A DNA stretch of 63,696 bases, counting the filler, from Octopus bimaculoides (Eukaryota): NCBI RefSeq assembly GCF_001194135.2. It is 8 parts of 8 records of this genome, joined end to end, with 100 filler letters (N's around TTAATTAATTAA, not from the genome) between each part and the next. Parts side by side here need not be neighbours in the genome. Positions count along the whole stretch, not along the records: positions 1 to 19,597 come from NC_069000.1; positions 19,698 to 33,485 come from NC_068997.1; 6 more parts are not named here. One strand, 5' to 3'. Position 1 is the first letter of the stretch; each line of letters opens with the position of its first letter. The notes under the pieces were generated by a model. That model saw only the letters and a list, made by a program, of their open reading frames with translations, was not told where the DNA came from and searched no databases. The translations under genes and the position numbers were made by a program. Positions 11,265 to 23,672 of the stretch are shown here, piece by piece.

Positions 11265-14150
11265 ACTCAAGCACCTCTTCCCACAAACCACACACAAAAA
11301 GCAACACTCTCTCACTTTCCACAGGTTCCCACCTTCAAAGCCCCCTCCTAATTCTCTCATACCTCACTCTCCCTCTCTCTCAAACCTTGAACAACCATCA
11401 TGCACTGTCTTCCCCCATCCATCACGGTCTTGTGCCTTCCTCTTCCAATTCCTGCCTCCATTAGAGCATTTTTAAGGCAATCCTTAAACCTTAGTTTAGG
11501 CTTATGTGCTGGTCTCCTGCCATCTCACCATTACAATAGCTGCTTGAGCAATCGTACATCACTCATCCTTACCAAATGTCCCTCCTATCTTAAGCGTCTT
11601 TGCAAAATAATTGATTCTATACTTCTGCGGCCACTCTCAAGCACCTCCACATTACTAATGACCATTTTCTTGTTTATCCCCCAACTTTTTCTCGGACAGT
11701 ATTGATGGTATCGTTCCGATTGCCTTCCATGCCTACGGTAAACAACCCATGCCTCACTTCCATATAGCAAAGATGGGAGGACGCATGTGTTATATACCTT
11801 CACTTTAATTTGTGAAGATGTATCATGTTGTTTCCACAGATTCCTATCAAGCCTACCAAAAGCACTACTAGCTCTGCTGATTCTGTATGAAATTTCATCA
11901 TCAAGACCAGCAGTGCTCAAGGTACTTCCTAAATAAATAAATCTATGCACAGTCTCCAACCTTTGACCATTCACAGTTATAAAAGGTTCCACATACATCT
12001 TGGAGGGAGCGAGCTGGTACATTATAACAGCTTTTTTTTTTTTTTTTGAGATTCATCGTTAGACCCAATGCTGCACGTGCTGCAGAAATCGCATGCAGCA
12101 TGTGCTGCATACAGGAACTCAACGAAATGAGAATACAGAACCTTTGTTTTCGCACAGGGTCTTTTCAGACTGAACACGCCAATCCGGAGGAACCTCTTCA
12201 CCATGCCAAAGCCTCTGAATCACATCCGTCAACATTGTACACCACCATATTTATATATCTCTGCACCTTTCCATTGTTCAAATTCCTAATTGCTGCTTTT
12301 ATTTCAGCCACGTTTTATTGGTCTCTCAGGCATATTATCAAGAAAAGAGAGTTCAACTTCAGTGGGTCTATTGTGCAACTAATCAAAATGTTCTTTTCAT
12401 CTCCCAACAATATCTTTAGGATTTGATAATAATTGTGTGCCATCCTTGCTCCGAAGCGGCACAATCGTTGATGAAACTGGCCCATAGACTTTTTTCAAGA
12501 GAGAGTAAAAATATTTGGAATTGTTACCTTTTGAAGCTTCTTGGATTTCATCGCATCTATTACTCCACCAATTTTCCTGCATTATCCTCAGCTTCCTCTG
12601 CACTGTTGCTTTTACAGCCTTGAAATATGTAGCCACTGTCCTGTTCACTGACATGTCAACATTTCGCAACATGTTAAATGCCATTTGATTCTCCTCTAAG
12701 ATAGGACTAACTTCTTCATCAATATTCTCAAACCAATCTTGGTATTTTTTACAACAAAGCCAAGAATATTATTACAAACCTCGTATACTCTTTCTATGAA
12801 TGACTTCCAGCTTCCATTACAAGACACATTATTTATCTCACTCACAATCTCACTCCGTACTGATGGAATCTGAAGTTTATTGACACCAATCCGTTTAGGT
12901 AACTTGTCATCATTTGCTCTAAACTTAGGCTTGACAACAAAATTCACCTAGGCACGCAAAAGCCTATGGTCAGTCCACCACTCTGCACCACGCATCACTC
13001 GTACAATAACAAAGTCCCTATTATCTCGTTTCTTGATGAGGATGCAATCTATAAGATACCATTTCTTAGAACCAGGGTGCATCCATGTCGTTTTATACTT
13101 ATTATTTAGTTGAAACATTGTATTCATGACACACAAATCCATCCCTACACACATTTGTAACAGTAGTAAACCTTTACTGTTGGAACTCCCAACCCCATGC
13201 TTTCCTAAGACACCCCAAGTCTCCCAATCTGCACCAACTCGAGCATTATAATCACCTAAAATTACAACTTTGTCATTATGGGAGATACTGCGTACTATCT
13301 CTCTAAGTGATAGATAGAAGGCAAGTTTATCATCCTCTGATGAATTCATAGTTGGAGCATATGCACGTATGAGAGTTGCATAGCGATATTTTCTTAATGG
13401 AAGTGTTAAAGACATTAAACAATCTGAATGACCACATGGTAGTTCCTCAAGTTTTGAAACAAGAGTGGTTTCGATTGCAAATCCCACTCCTGATTCTCTC
13501 TTATAGGTCTCCTCTCTACTGCTCCAAAATAAATGATACCCAGCAGATTCCTCTACGAAATTCCTCTTTCCATGAATTCTTGTTTCGGGTAACGCTTCAA
13601 TATCCATATCATATAGCTGGAACTCTTTTGCAACAAGCACGAATCTTCTCTCCGGACGACATTTCAGACAATCATTGTCTAATAACGTTCAAACATTCCA
13701 ACATCCTATACTCATAGGCTTGCATCTTAACCTGAATTTACTCACAATTGCAGAATGACGACCGGATCCAGGCAGTGGTGCCCTGGGACACATGCCGGGC
13801 CAGACCACAGAACAAAATGTTCCAGAGCCATTTTTGTCATTTGCTTCAGTATCAATATCAACCTTCATACAAGATGTTCATTTCTTTTTCCTCTCTAGCT
13901 ATATCTGTGCTTGACACATTTTAAAGTGAGGAAACGTTTTGCACAGAAACCATTCCCACTCTCTAAACTACAAAGCATGATCCAAAAAGAAGAGCAAGTC
14001 AACACCATTGCGTGCATTTGCAGTCGCAGGTTTTATATCAGAGTGACCTTCGCCCAACCAAAGGTTAGCTTCGAACCAGCAGTGAAGTATTTAAATTCAG
14101 AGTTACCTTCTCCTAGATAGACTGCCTTCGCTACGGCTTGGATAAAAACA
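11265..14150 (-). mobile_element. RTE-clade LINE, near full length but degenerate, with an internal RT deletion
   Basis: APE endonuclease (MSIGCWNV...LPETR, AYAPT, LGDYNARVG, WMHPGSKKWYLID, DHRL) at about 12950-13715. Linker WWSNRCDEIQ...KKVYGP. RT C-terminus FIYLGSTLS...SAFGRL...LLYGSEAW at 11585-12022. C-terminal CxxC-like CVVCGKRCLSR near 11270-11320. Many stops and frameshifts. Confidence 0.9.
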
Positions 14151-14373
14151 GGAGATCTATCTACCTCTCACTTATTTATTATACAAAAAAGGACTAAAGT
14201 GGGAAAAATTAAAAATTAAAAGTTGAGATAAAATTGACTAAAATTAAGAATAAAATTGGCATATCTTGAATTTTTCTCTGCAATCGTACAAGACTGTGAT
14301 TGTACAGATATACGTGTGGATATGTGTGTTCGTGTATGATTGAAGGTGTTTACATATGTGCATGAGTTGGTGC

Positions 14374-14435
<62 letters not shown>

Positions 14436-14692
14436 AATATATAGAGTATTCTTTCATACTTTGAAACATTGAGAAACAAAAATAGAGTGTTAAAGTTCAT
14501 GATGAGGTCTCTTCCTGTTTATACGTTTACTGTTGTTATAATTGTTGTGGTTGTATTTGATGTGGTCGTTGTTATTGTTGCTGTTGTTGTTGTATTTGCT
14601 GTGTTCGCTGTTGCTGTTAGACTCAACTGTCTGGAGCAGGCAGATCTATGACCAGATATATTGATACAGTAAACATTCCATTTTATATTCAG

Positions 14693-14699
14693 ATACATG
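14693..14699 (+). CDS. Candidate 7-nt micro-exon (ATACATG)
   Basis: cattccattttatattcag acceptor and gtaact donor at 14700, then a 95-nt intron to the next candidate exon. Confidence 0.35.
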
Positions 14700-14794
14700 G
14701 TAACTAGAACTTGATGATCAAAGGAGTCCTACGCTTATTTAACTTTAAGTGCAGTGATGTTCTATGACACAAATTCGCTTCTTATTTTTTGTAG

Positions 14795-14858
14795 GTGAAT
14801 CGATAACCTACAGGATTCTACTTACATTGACTAGCTTTTTCTGGCTTTTATCACTTCA
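14795..14858 (+). CDS. Candidate 64-nt exon encoding a hydrophobic, signal-peptide-like stretch (G)ESITYRILLTLTSFFWLLSL
   Basis: tatgac branch-like motif, ttcgcttcttattttttgtag acceptor and gtaagc donor at 14859. Open in the phase-1 frame predicted by the 7-nt exon. Confidence 0.42.
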
Positions 14859-14965
14859 GTAAGCAGTATTTTTTCATATATCATATATAATATATAGAGC
14901 ATAGTATACAAACGCATATATGTGTGTGTGTGTGTGTGTGCGTTTGTGTGTATGTTAATATATAT

Positions 14966-15230
14966 ATATTGTGTTGTGTCTGGGGAGTGTCATTCTCTTT
15001 TAGTGCCTTATAATTTTAAACACACACTGGTAAAGTTTCCACTCATTAACTTATTTATTTTTCTAAAATTTTCATTGCGTCTTGCAACATTTTCAACTAT
15101 TGAAAATGTTTCAAGGCTCAACAAAAATGTTTGAAAAATAAATAGGTAAATGAGTGGAAACTTTACCAGTGTGTGTGTAAAATTATAAGGCTCTAAAAGA
15201 AAATGACTCGCCCCAGACACAACAGAATAT
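14966..15230. repeat. 265-bp near-perfect palindrome (foldback MITE-like)
   Basis: Arms atattgtgttgtgtctgggg...ggtaaagtttccactcatt and aatgagtggaaactttaccag...ccccagacacaacagaatat. Central hairpin aacattttcaa-cta-ttgaaaatgtt centred on 15098. Confidence 0.85.
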
Positions 15231-15756
15231 GCTTCAACACACGAACTCACATAAAGAATCTTACAAAGCAAACTCCAAAACGTAATATATAGTTCAATTT
15301 CTCGCTGGATTAAGTGTTCGTTTCCCTTTTTGTCTTTTGCGATTTTATTTTTGGATCTTCTATATATATATGAAGAATTTTCGTCCGCTGGCTGTTTTTC
15401 TCTCTACAAAACGGAATGTTGCATTATGGAACAGTCATTTTAACGAGATTTTTTTATTTATTTATCACCCGTCAAGATACGTCTGCACCACCGGATACTC
15501 CTGAACCAGTTTTGTGTGTCCCACNNNNNNNNNNNNNNNNNNNNNNNNNNNNNNNNNNNNNNNNNNNNNNNNNNNNNNNNNNNNNNNNNNNNNNNNNNNN
15601 NNNNNNNNNNNNNNNNNNNNNNNNNNNNNNNNNNNNNNNNNNNNNNNNNNNNNNNNNNNNNNNNNNNNNNNNNNNNNNNNNNNNNNNNNNNNNNNNNNNN
15701 NNNNNNNNNNNNNNNNNNNNNNNNNNNNNNNNNNNNNNNNNNNNNNNNNNNNNNNN

Positions 15757-15789
<33 letters not shown>

Positions 15790-16021
15790 ATTAGAGGTTA
15801 TAAAACTCATTCAGGGAAAGCAAAGTTCTATGAGAGTACTGGTTAATTACCTATACAAAGTTTATTGAACATTATAGTTAATACTCAACTGCAAGGTAAC
15901 AATATAAACTGTTGTTTATTTATTATAATGAGATGATAGAATAGAGAGATAAGTAATAAATTTGTCAAATTTACAGCCTGTAAATATTGGGGTCAAACAT
16001 TTTCTGGGTTAGAAAACGTAG

Positions 16022-16095
16022 AAGGCTGCACTTCGGACTCGAACCCACATCTCCTGTAGATAAGACACGTTCCAAAATTTCAGCCCACTATTTGC
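16022..16095 (-). pseudogene. tRNA-like remnant (tRNA pseudogene or SINE head)
   Basis: Minus strand gtgggctgaaattttgg (A-box-like) ... gggttcgagtccg (perfect B box). No convincing cloverleaf or anticodon. Confidence 0.35.
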
Positions 16096-17094
16096 ATGCC
16101 ATTATTTATAGTTCATGTGCGTGCTTCCAGGCATACAAAAAAGAATTATTTCACGTTCTCTCGATTTTTTTTTTACAATTTTTTGAGACGTCAATATGCG
16201 TGTGTGTGCGCGCGATGTAGATTATATTGCCCGGCAATTCTCCACCCGGTATGACATAACATCATTTTATATCATACGATGCCACTATAACAAGATCATT
16301 ACAGTCTTCGCTTTTATACCGCGTTCTTTATTCAATTGATATTGTTCAATAAGTGAATAAAATCGGCGCCATACTTATTTCCTTTCTTCGAACATACAAT
16401 TCATACATAATATATATATACACATACATGTATACATGCTTACATACATATATACACAATTACATGTATGCATGCATGCATATATACATACAGGTATGTA
16501 TATATGCTTGCATACGTACAGACACTCACACACACATACTGGTGCTAATCGAGGTAAGATGGTTGACTAGTCGACGAATATGGATATCAGTGGCCTGCCT
16601 CCTCTAAATCCAATGACGAATACTACAATTTTCTTGGAACACAAGAGAATATTGTAAATATTAGCGCTTTGGGTAATTTAATGTGACAAGGGAATGCTTC
16701 AGCAGACTCTCGAATATATCGAAGTAAGAAATATTCGCATTTGATAAAGCATTTTCACATAATTCTTCTACAGTGCCAGTTTTGTACGAAAATCTGGAGT
16801 ACTAAACCGTACAACTGAAGAAATCTTTAACTAGGATATGAATTCCACGAAAGCATATGTCACCATTGGCAATATTAACAGCAGCTGTAACAGGATCTAT
16901 GGTGGGATGGTGGTATAAGGTCAGGTCAAAAACGGTAACTGATCACTAAATCTACACCTGTTGATGAGAAAGGTGAGAAATATATATGTATATACTTGTA
17001 TATATATATATATATTTCACATGTATTTTCACAGCAGTGAAAATAACATCCCGAGAAAAATGAATATATGAAATAATATTGAATATATATTGAG

Positions 17095-17190
17095 GTGGCG
17101 AGCTGGCAGAATCGTCAGCACGACGAGCAAAATGATTTGCATCATGTCGTCCGTCCTCGTGTTCTGAGCTCAAATTCTACCGATGTCCAC
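17095..17190 (+). mobile_element. SINE family A, 5' part
   Basis: ggtggcgagctggcagaatcgtcagcacg...gttctgagctcaaattctaccgatgtc, in sense orientation. Confidence 0.75.
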
Positions 17191-18414
17191 ATATCTATAC
17201 TTTGAAAACTAACAAGCATTGATGAAAGAATCCAATGAAAACTGCAGTCAGAGGCAAACCTAAAGTACCAAGTTTTGTTCTATAACACAGAGAGTACAAA
17301 TCATGTATGGTTTGTATTCCCTGTACCATACAGCAATATCAGGTCTGATCACAATTGTGGAAAATAGATCTTTGGTGAGGTTATGTAAAACTTAAAGTTC
17401 TTGTAACTGAGGTATTTTTTTCTACCTATTTTAATTGTAGAAGGTTAGATAACAACAGACTTGTAGAAGAAGAAGAAGAAGAAGAAACGACGACATGGAA
17501 ATGCTCTATTTTCCGGCGGGAGAATAAAATAATTCACCCGCATTCACCAAATAAAATGAATTTGTGTTTGTGTGAAGGCCGATGAAATATTTCAAAAATC
17601 TTCTTGGAATTTTTCTTGAATTAACAAACGCACACGATCCTATATTCAAATAGTATACGAACGTTTAACTAATGTACTTCAAGGGAGACATTAAATGCAA
17701 GCTTAGCAAATCTACAATGATTGGAAAAATCCTTCCAAAAACAACAAAAACTGCACAAGAGACAATAAAGAAGTACACAGAGTAAGTTGCACATAAGTGC
17801 TTGAAAGGAAAACTGCAAACGATAGACGAAATATCACGCTAAGATCCTGGCATGGAGTACCAACAACTTAATAAAAATCTTACATTGAAATCTACTTCTA
17901 TGTAATCAAACGTCGAAAAATCCCCACCAGGTATCTTTTACGGAAAAGACAGAAAGTATCAGCTAACGACAAATAAACAAAACCAAAATTGTAAAAGTCA
18001 GCTGCCGATTTGATGTCTACGTGAGAAGGAAAATTAAGGAGAGAGAAGATATTTGCATTACAAACGCTTGATAAAGAGTTATCTGATCTAGGATTAAAAA
18101 TACGCTTTCAACTTGAAGTGTGCGTATGAAGCCGCCTGGATTACAAATCTTCAATTATCGAAGAGAGAATGTAGTCTCATAATTCCTACGCTACAAGCGA
18201 TTATAATATCTAAACCCCAAAATATCTTAGACCCAGAAAATATAAATAATGAATCATTGCCTCTAGGCAATTTGGATATGATACATTCTTCGTTTTCTTA
18301 TTAACTTGTTTATAATTTTAGAACCGAGCATGTGACGTCGAAATAAACACCAAATCTCTAACCAGGAAAGGAAATTATGTCTACAGAACTACATACACAT
18401 ACATACACATACAC

Positions 18415-18445
<31 letters not shown>

Positions 18446-19100
18446 AATGTATATATATATATATATAGGTACATATATGGGTTTGTGTGGGTGTATGCGC
18501 GCGCAAGCTGTGTGTGTAATTGTATGCGTATGTATGTATCTATATTCAAATTTTATGCGGGTTTAAACTTTGTAGTATGCTGTGTAAAGCTCGTCCACAA
18601 TGACTGGGTTACCTGATGTCAACATCAGTAGGGAAATACATATGCTACTGGATTTACTTCAGGAATTCCTTTCTGTCTATAGAGTTTATATCATTAGATC
18701 AGAGTCAGAAAATGAAATTTACGAGTTTCTTTATTAAAATCCACTAGAATCATTTCGAATCATCGTACATCTGTAAATCACTGGTGAGATGCTGTACAAT
18801 CAATATTCATGCATCAGTTGTGCAGATTGCATCTCTTCAGTTGACTCTTCAAACAGGTGTCTCTCACCATTCTACTTAATATAATTAGCTGTTACATTCA
18901 AGCAGATTTCATAAGAAACTTGGATTGAGAAGACACTCTTCTCTTGAAAAGAAGTAATAAAATGAAATACACCGAAAAAAAACAGACAAATAAAATCACA
19001 GAAATATGAAACACATGATATCAAAAATCTAACAGGACAGTACTATTAAAACAAAAAATGTGTGTGTGTGTTTGTGTATAGGTACATAGTTATATATATA

Positions 19101-19597
19101 TTAGGTTGTTTCACATGATATGTCGTATTTGAAAGGTAGCAATAGAATGCTTCACAAGTGTTAAAGAACTGATTTATTTAATCAAAATATGATCCATGTT
19201 CATTTATGACGTTTACCCAACGTTTCTCTTCCGTTTTTAAAAAAAAATCATCTTCTGCTGTGATAAACTGTCCGAATGCTTCAATTACTTCTTCTCTATT
19301 TAAGAATGTTTTATTGCTTATGAAATGCACAAAATGCTTCAATAAGTGACAGGCAGTAGGAAATATATGAGGGGAGTAGGGAGGGTGTCGCAAAATATCA
19401 TAATTCAGGCCTTGCAACTTTTGGACCGTAGCTTGTTACCGTTTTTCCCTGACGCAAAAATGAATAATGAATAACTCTCTTTCCCAGACTACCATATAGT
19501 GACCACTAACTTTTTAGGGCAAAATGGTGGGTTTGGGTAGTGTTTAAGCGACTCTCCTGCATCTAACCACTGTCCTATTTTTGTGCTGTTATCAAAG
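19101..19597 (-). mobile_element. Mariner transposon 3' part, truncated by a scaffold join
   Basis: WLDAGE..K..P.P...PKK..V..W and HPPYSPHIFPTACHLLKHF...KRWVNVINEHGSYFD*. Terminal ttaggttg after TA at 19099-19100. Confidence 0.85.
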
Positions 19598-19697
19598 NNN
19601 NNNNNNNNNNNNNNNNNNNNNNNNNNNNNNNNNNNNNNNNNTTAATTAATTAANNNNNNNNNNNNNNNNNNNNNNNNNNNNNNNNNNNNNNNNNNNN
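19598..19697. other. Artificial 100-bp scaffold spacer N44-TTAATTAATTAA-N44
   Basis: Identical construct at 33486-33585, 39391-39490, 44226-44325, 47638-47737, 56230-56329 and 59365-59464. The 12-mer has stops in all six frames. Confidence 0.95.
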
Positions 19698-19958
19698 TAT
19701 CGCTACTTAAAACGTACCATTATAGCGATATTTCACTAATATCTCGAATTAATCTCTTAGAATTTTGATATGTACATTAATGTTTAAAAGGGATACTGAC
19801 TTATATTTGCAAACGGCCCCTATTATTTTCCCTCCCTGAATATTCATTACTTAGATTTCTTCATTCAATCCACCTTCCCAGCGTCTTTTTTTTAAATGGC
19901 GTTTACGTTTCCTCACCAGTCAACGGGAAGGGTGCTAGATTATCTTCCTCCCTCTTTC

Positions 19959-19992
<34 letters not shown>

Positions 19993-20990
19993 GTCTGTCA
20001 GTCCCTCCCTCTCTCTCAGTATACATTTACACACACACATACACACACACACACACACACTCACACACACATATATAATTGATAATTAATAACAAGGAGT
20101 ATGGAGGGAGCAATTAGTTTTATTACATAATTATACAATTGTTTCATCGATATTAAATCAGATGAATATTGGCTTATTATTATATGATATGTTTATCAGT
20201 ACATTGTATCAGTATTATTAAGCCAATAATGGAAAAAACATTCATTCTAAGGTTAAAACCAGAGTTATATGTATGTATATATATATATATATATATATNN
20301 NNNNNNNNNNNNNNNNNNNNNNNNNNNNNNNNNNNNNNNNNNNNNNNNNNNNNNNNNNNNNNNNNNNNNNNNNNNNNNNNNNNNNNNNNNNNNNNNNNNN
20401 NNNNNNNNNNNNNNNNNNNNNNNNNNNNNNNNNNNNNNNNNNNNNNNNNNNNNNNNNNNNNNNNNNNNNNNNNNNNNNNNNNNNNNNNNNNNNNNNNNNN
20501 NNNNNNNNNNNNNNNNNNNNNNNNNNNNNNNNNNNNNNNNNNNNNNNNNNNNNNNNNNNNNNNNNNNNNNNNNNNNNNNNNNNNNNNNNNNNNNNNNNNN
20601 NNNNNNNNNNNNNNNNNNNNNNNNNNNNNNNNNNNNNNNNNNNNNNNNNNNNNNNNNNNNNNNNNNNNNNNNNNNNNNNNNNNNNNNNNNNNNNNNNNNN
20701 NNNNNNNNNNNNNNNNNNNNNNNNNNNNNNNNNNNNNNNNNNNTATATATATTTGTGAAGTGGTACTAAGCAACAGGATTGATACATCCACATTACCTTA
20801 AAACAATATTTATACAATTACAAGTTTTAGAAAAATCAGGCAAAATCTCCATCAAAGCGCACACTGAGATTCAGCGGGAAAAGTCGTGGTTATCATAAGA
20901 AGCGATAGGCGCAATAATAAACGGCTTTGATCGAGCTCAGCGCTCGAGTACGAGAACTGTTTATCTGCTTTCGTAAAAATGCGTGTAAGC

Positions 20991-21090
<100 letters not shown>

Positions 21091-21874
21091 GTGTGCGTGT
21101 ATATTTATACGCACACACACATGTATATACATATATACACATAAGCGCATATATATATATACACACACATATATAATATATACGTACATATATAAGATGA
21201 TTGATAATATCCATATATACAAACCATGATTATCATATTTTACTATAGATGTACCTAACAGCATATGCCTCTCTGCAAGTAAAAACAATTATTTTTCTTC
21301 TTTCCTCACCGCCACCACCTAACACCTCCACCATTTTCTCTTCTCTTTCATTCATTCATTCATTCTCTCTTTCTGTATTTGTTTCCCCACCCCCAGTTTG
21401 ACTAACTGTAAAAGAGACGTGCTTGGTAAACAAACAACCAGTTAAAGGGTTTTTCATCAAAATACTTTATGAACCTATTTATTGTTTGTAGTGACAGATC
21501 TTTTTTTTTTTATAACTGTTCTAAAATGGAGGATAATCTATCGTCTGACACATTCTCTATCTCTATCTCTCTCTCTCTCTCGTTGTTTTTATACATATCT
21601 ACCCGCTCTCCTCTGTTTGTCTATCTTTCTCTTCCTCTGCCTGTGTGCTTGTCTCTCGCTGGCTCACCGTGTCCGCTCTAGTATCGCCCCACGAGTGTAT
21701 GAACTTAGCCCTACGTCACATATGTTTATAAACAATGTCGATCGGTTACATGCGAAAAATCAAAATGATCCCATATATATATAAATGCGCGACCACACAT
21801 AAACATAAACGTCTACATGCATAAGTGTATATCTGAATCACATCTATAATATAAATTGTTTATAAATATTATGT

Positions 21875-22175
21875 ATATTATATATATATATATGCATATA
21901 GTCTTTTGCCGAACCGCTAGTTTTGGGGGCATATACACACCAACACCGGTTTTCAAGCGGTAATGGGGGTGGGGACAAGCACAGACACAAAGACCCACAC
22001 ACACACACACTCACACACACATTTATATACGACGGGCTTCTTTCAGCGACCGTCTACTAAAACCACTCAGAAGTCTGTAGTAGATGACGCTTGCCCTAGG
22101 TGCCACGCAGTGGAACTGAAACCAGAAACTCGAGGTTGGGAAACAAGTTTCTTACCACACAGCGACTCCTGCTTG
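21875..22175 (-). mobile_element. SINE family B head + (CA)n + body
   Basis: Reverse complement of gctgtgtggtaagaaacttgtttcccaacc...tttcagttccactgcgtggcacctagggcaagcg...gaaagaagcccgtcg and cttgtccccac...accgcttgaaaaccggtg. Confidence 0.8.
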
Positions 22176-22189
22176 ACCGTTGACTGAAC

Positions 22190-22352
22190 ACTATTCAATT
22201 TTTTTTCTCCGTGTTTTTCTCCTTGTCTCCGTATTCTTTCTGTTGAAGAGCGTAGCTCGAAACGTCAAAGACTTTCCGTATTCCCGAGCGTCATACTAAT
22301 ATATACTTTTGTTATTTACACCACCTGTCCTCGTCTGTTGTTATTATTTGTA
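22190..22352 (+). repeat. Dispersed about 160-bp repeat containing a minimal hammerhead-ribozyme-like motif (22235-22271)
   Basis: TCTTT-CTGTTGA-A-GAG-cgtag-CTC-GAAAC-GTC-AAAGA. Homologous copies at 47740-47890 (+) and 53340-53500 (-). Confidence 0.6.
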
Positions 22353-22359
22353 TATTCTC

Positions 22360-22401
<42 letters not shown>

Positions 22402-22761
22402 TCACTATATATATGCAGTTTTTTATATTAACCAGCTTTACCCTTTGGTACATAAGTTACATATGAAAAAATGGTGCAACAACATTTAAATGTGACCTGA
22501 TCAACATCGCTCCAACCCTATCTCCCAAAATATCAAAGAAGCCTTGTAGAACCGGATATGTTTTGACCAAGAGCGAATTCTTACTTGTGTGAAACATGCC
22601 ATTCCGAAATATGCACTTAAAATTGCTCGCCAGGTGATGATGCTAAAGAAGTCATGCTGGTATGCCCTTTTGTTTACACGGTAAAGAAACAAATCATTAA
22701 CACCATCATAATCATCATCATTATCAGTATTAGCAGCAGCAGCAGTAACACCAACACAACT

Positions 22762-22793
<32 letters not shown>

Positions 22794-23087
22794 CAACAAC
22801 AACATAACGCCTGCAATGATATTACGACGGATAAATAGATATCAGATAATGCAGTCCAAGATATGCAGGTTCTTGACGAAAATAAAAATGGTAAATGATT
22901 GGCTGTAGCTAATAGCTAAATGTTCTTTGCTCATAAGCCTACCTGAATGCAAGAACATGGGACAAAGAACACCAGCGGTAACAACACCAACAACAACAAT
23001 AACAGCAACATTTAAAAAGAATTTCGCTATCATTTCCGGTTTTAGAACACTACAACAACCTGTTGTTGATTTCCAATGTCTTAGTAG

Positions 23088-23152
<65 letters not shown>

Positions 23153-23605
23153 TTACGTTCTCGATTATCAGCGAAATGGCCCCTCAGAAAATTCGGGAGT
23201 CATTTCCATTCACAAGTGACCATATTTCTGTTACGTCATTGGATTTATTTGACCAATCAGCAANNNNNNNNNNNNNNNNNNNNNNNNNNNNNNNNNNNNN
23301 NNNNNNNNNNNNNNNNNNNNNNNNNNNNNNNNNNNNNNNNNNNNNNNNNNNNNNNNNNNNNNNNNNNNNNNNNNNNNNNNNNNNNNNNNNNNNNNNNNNN
23401 NNNNNNNNNNNNNNNNNNNNNNNNNNNNNNNNNNNNNNNNNNNNNNNNNNNNNNNNNNNNNNNNNNNNNNNNNNNNNNNNNNNNNNNNNNNNNNNNNNNN
23501 NNNNNNNNNNNNNNNNNNNNNNNNNNNNNNNNNNNNNNNNNNNNNNNNNNNNNNNNNNNNNNNNNNNNNNNNNNNNNNNNNNNNNNNNNNNNNNNNNNNN
23601 NNNNN

Positions 23606-23672
<67 letters not shown>

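Noticed and set aside
16022-16095. Functional tRNA gene
   Set aside because: B box present but acceptor and anticodon stems do not pair convincingly. Kept only as a remnant.
15974-17452. Further 3-21-nt micro-exon candidates (near 15977, 16706 and 17447)
   Set aside because: Weak pyrimidine tracts or weak donors, at a density expected by chance in AT-rich DNA.
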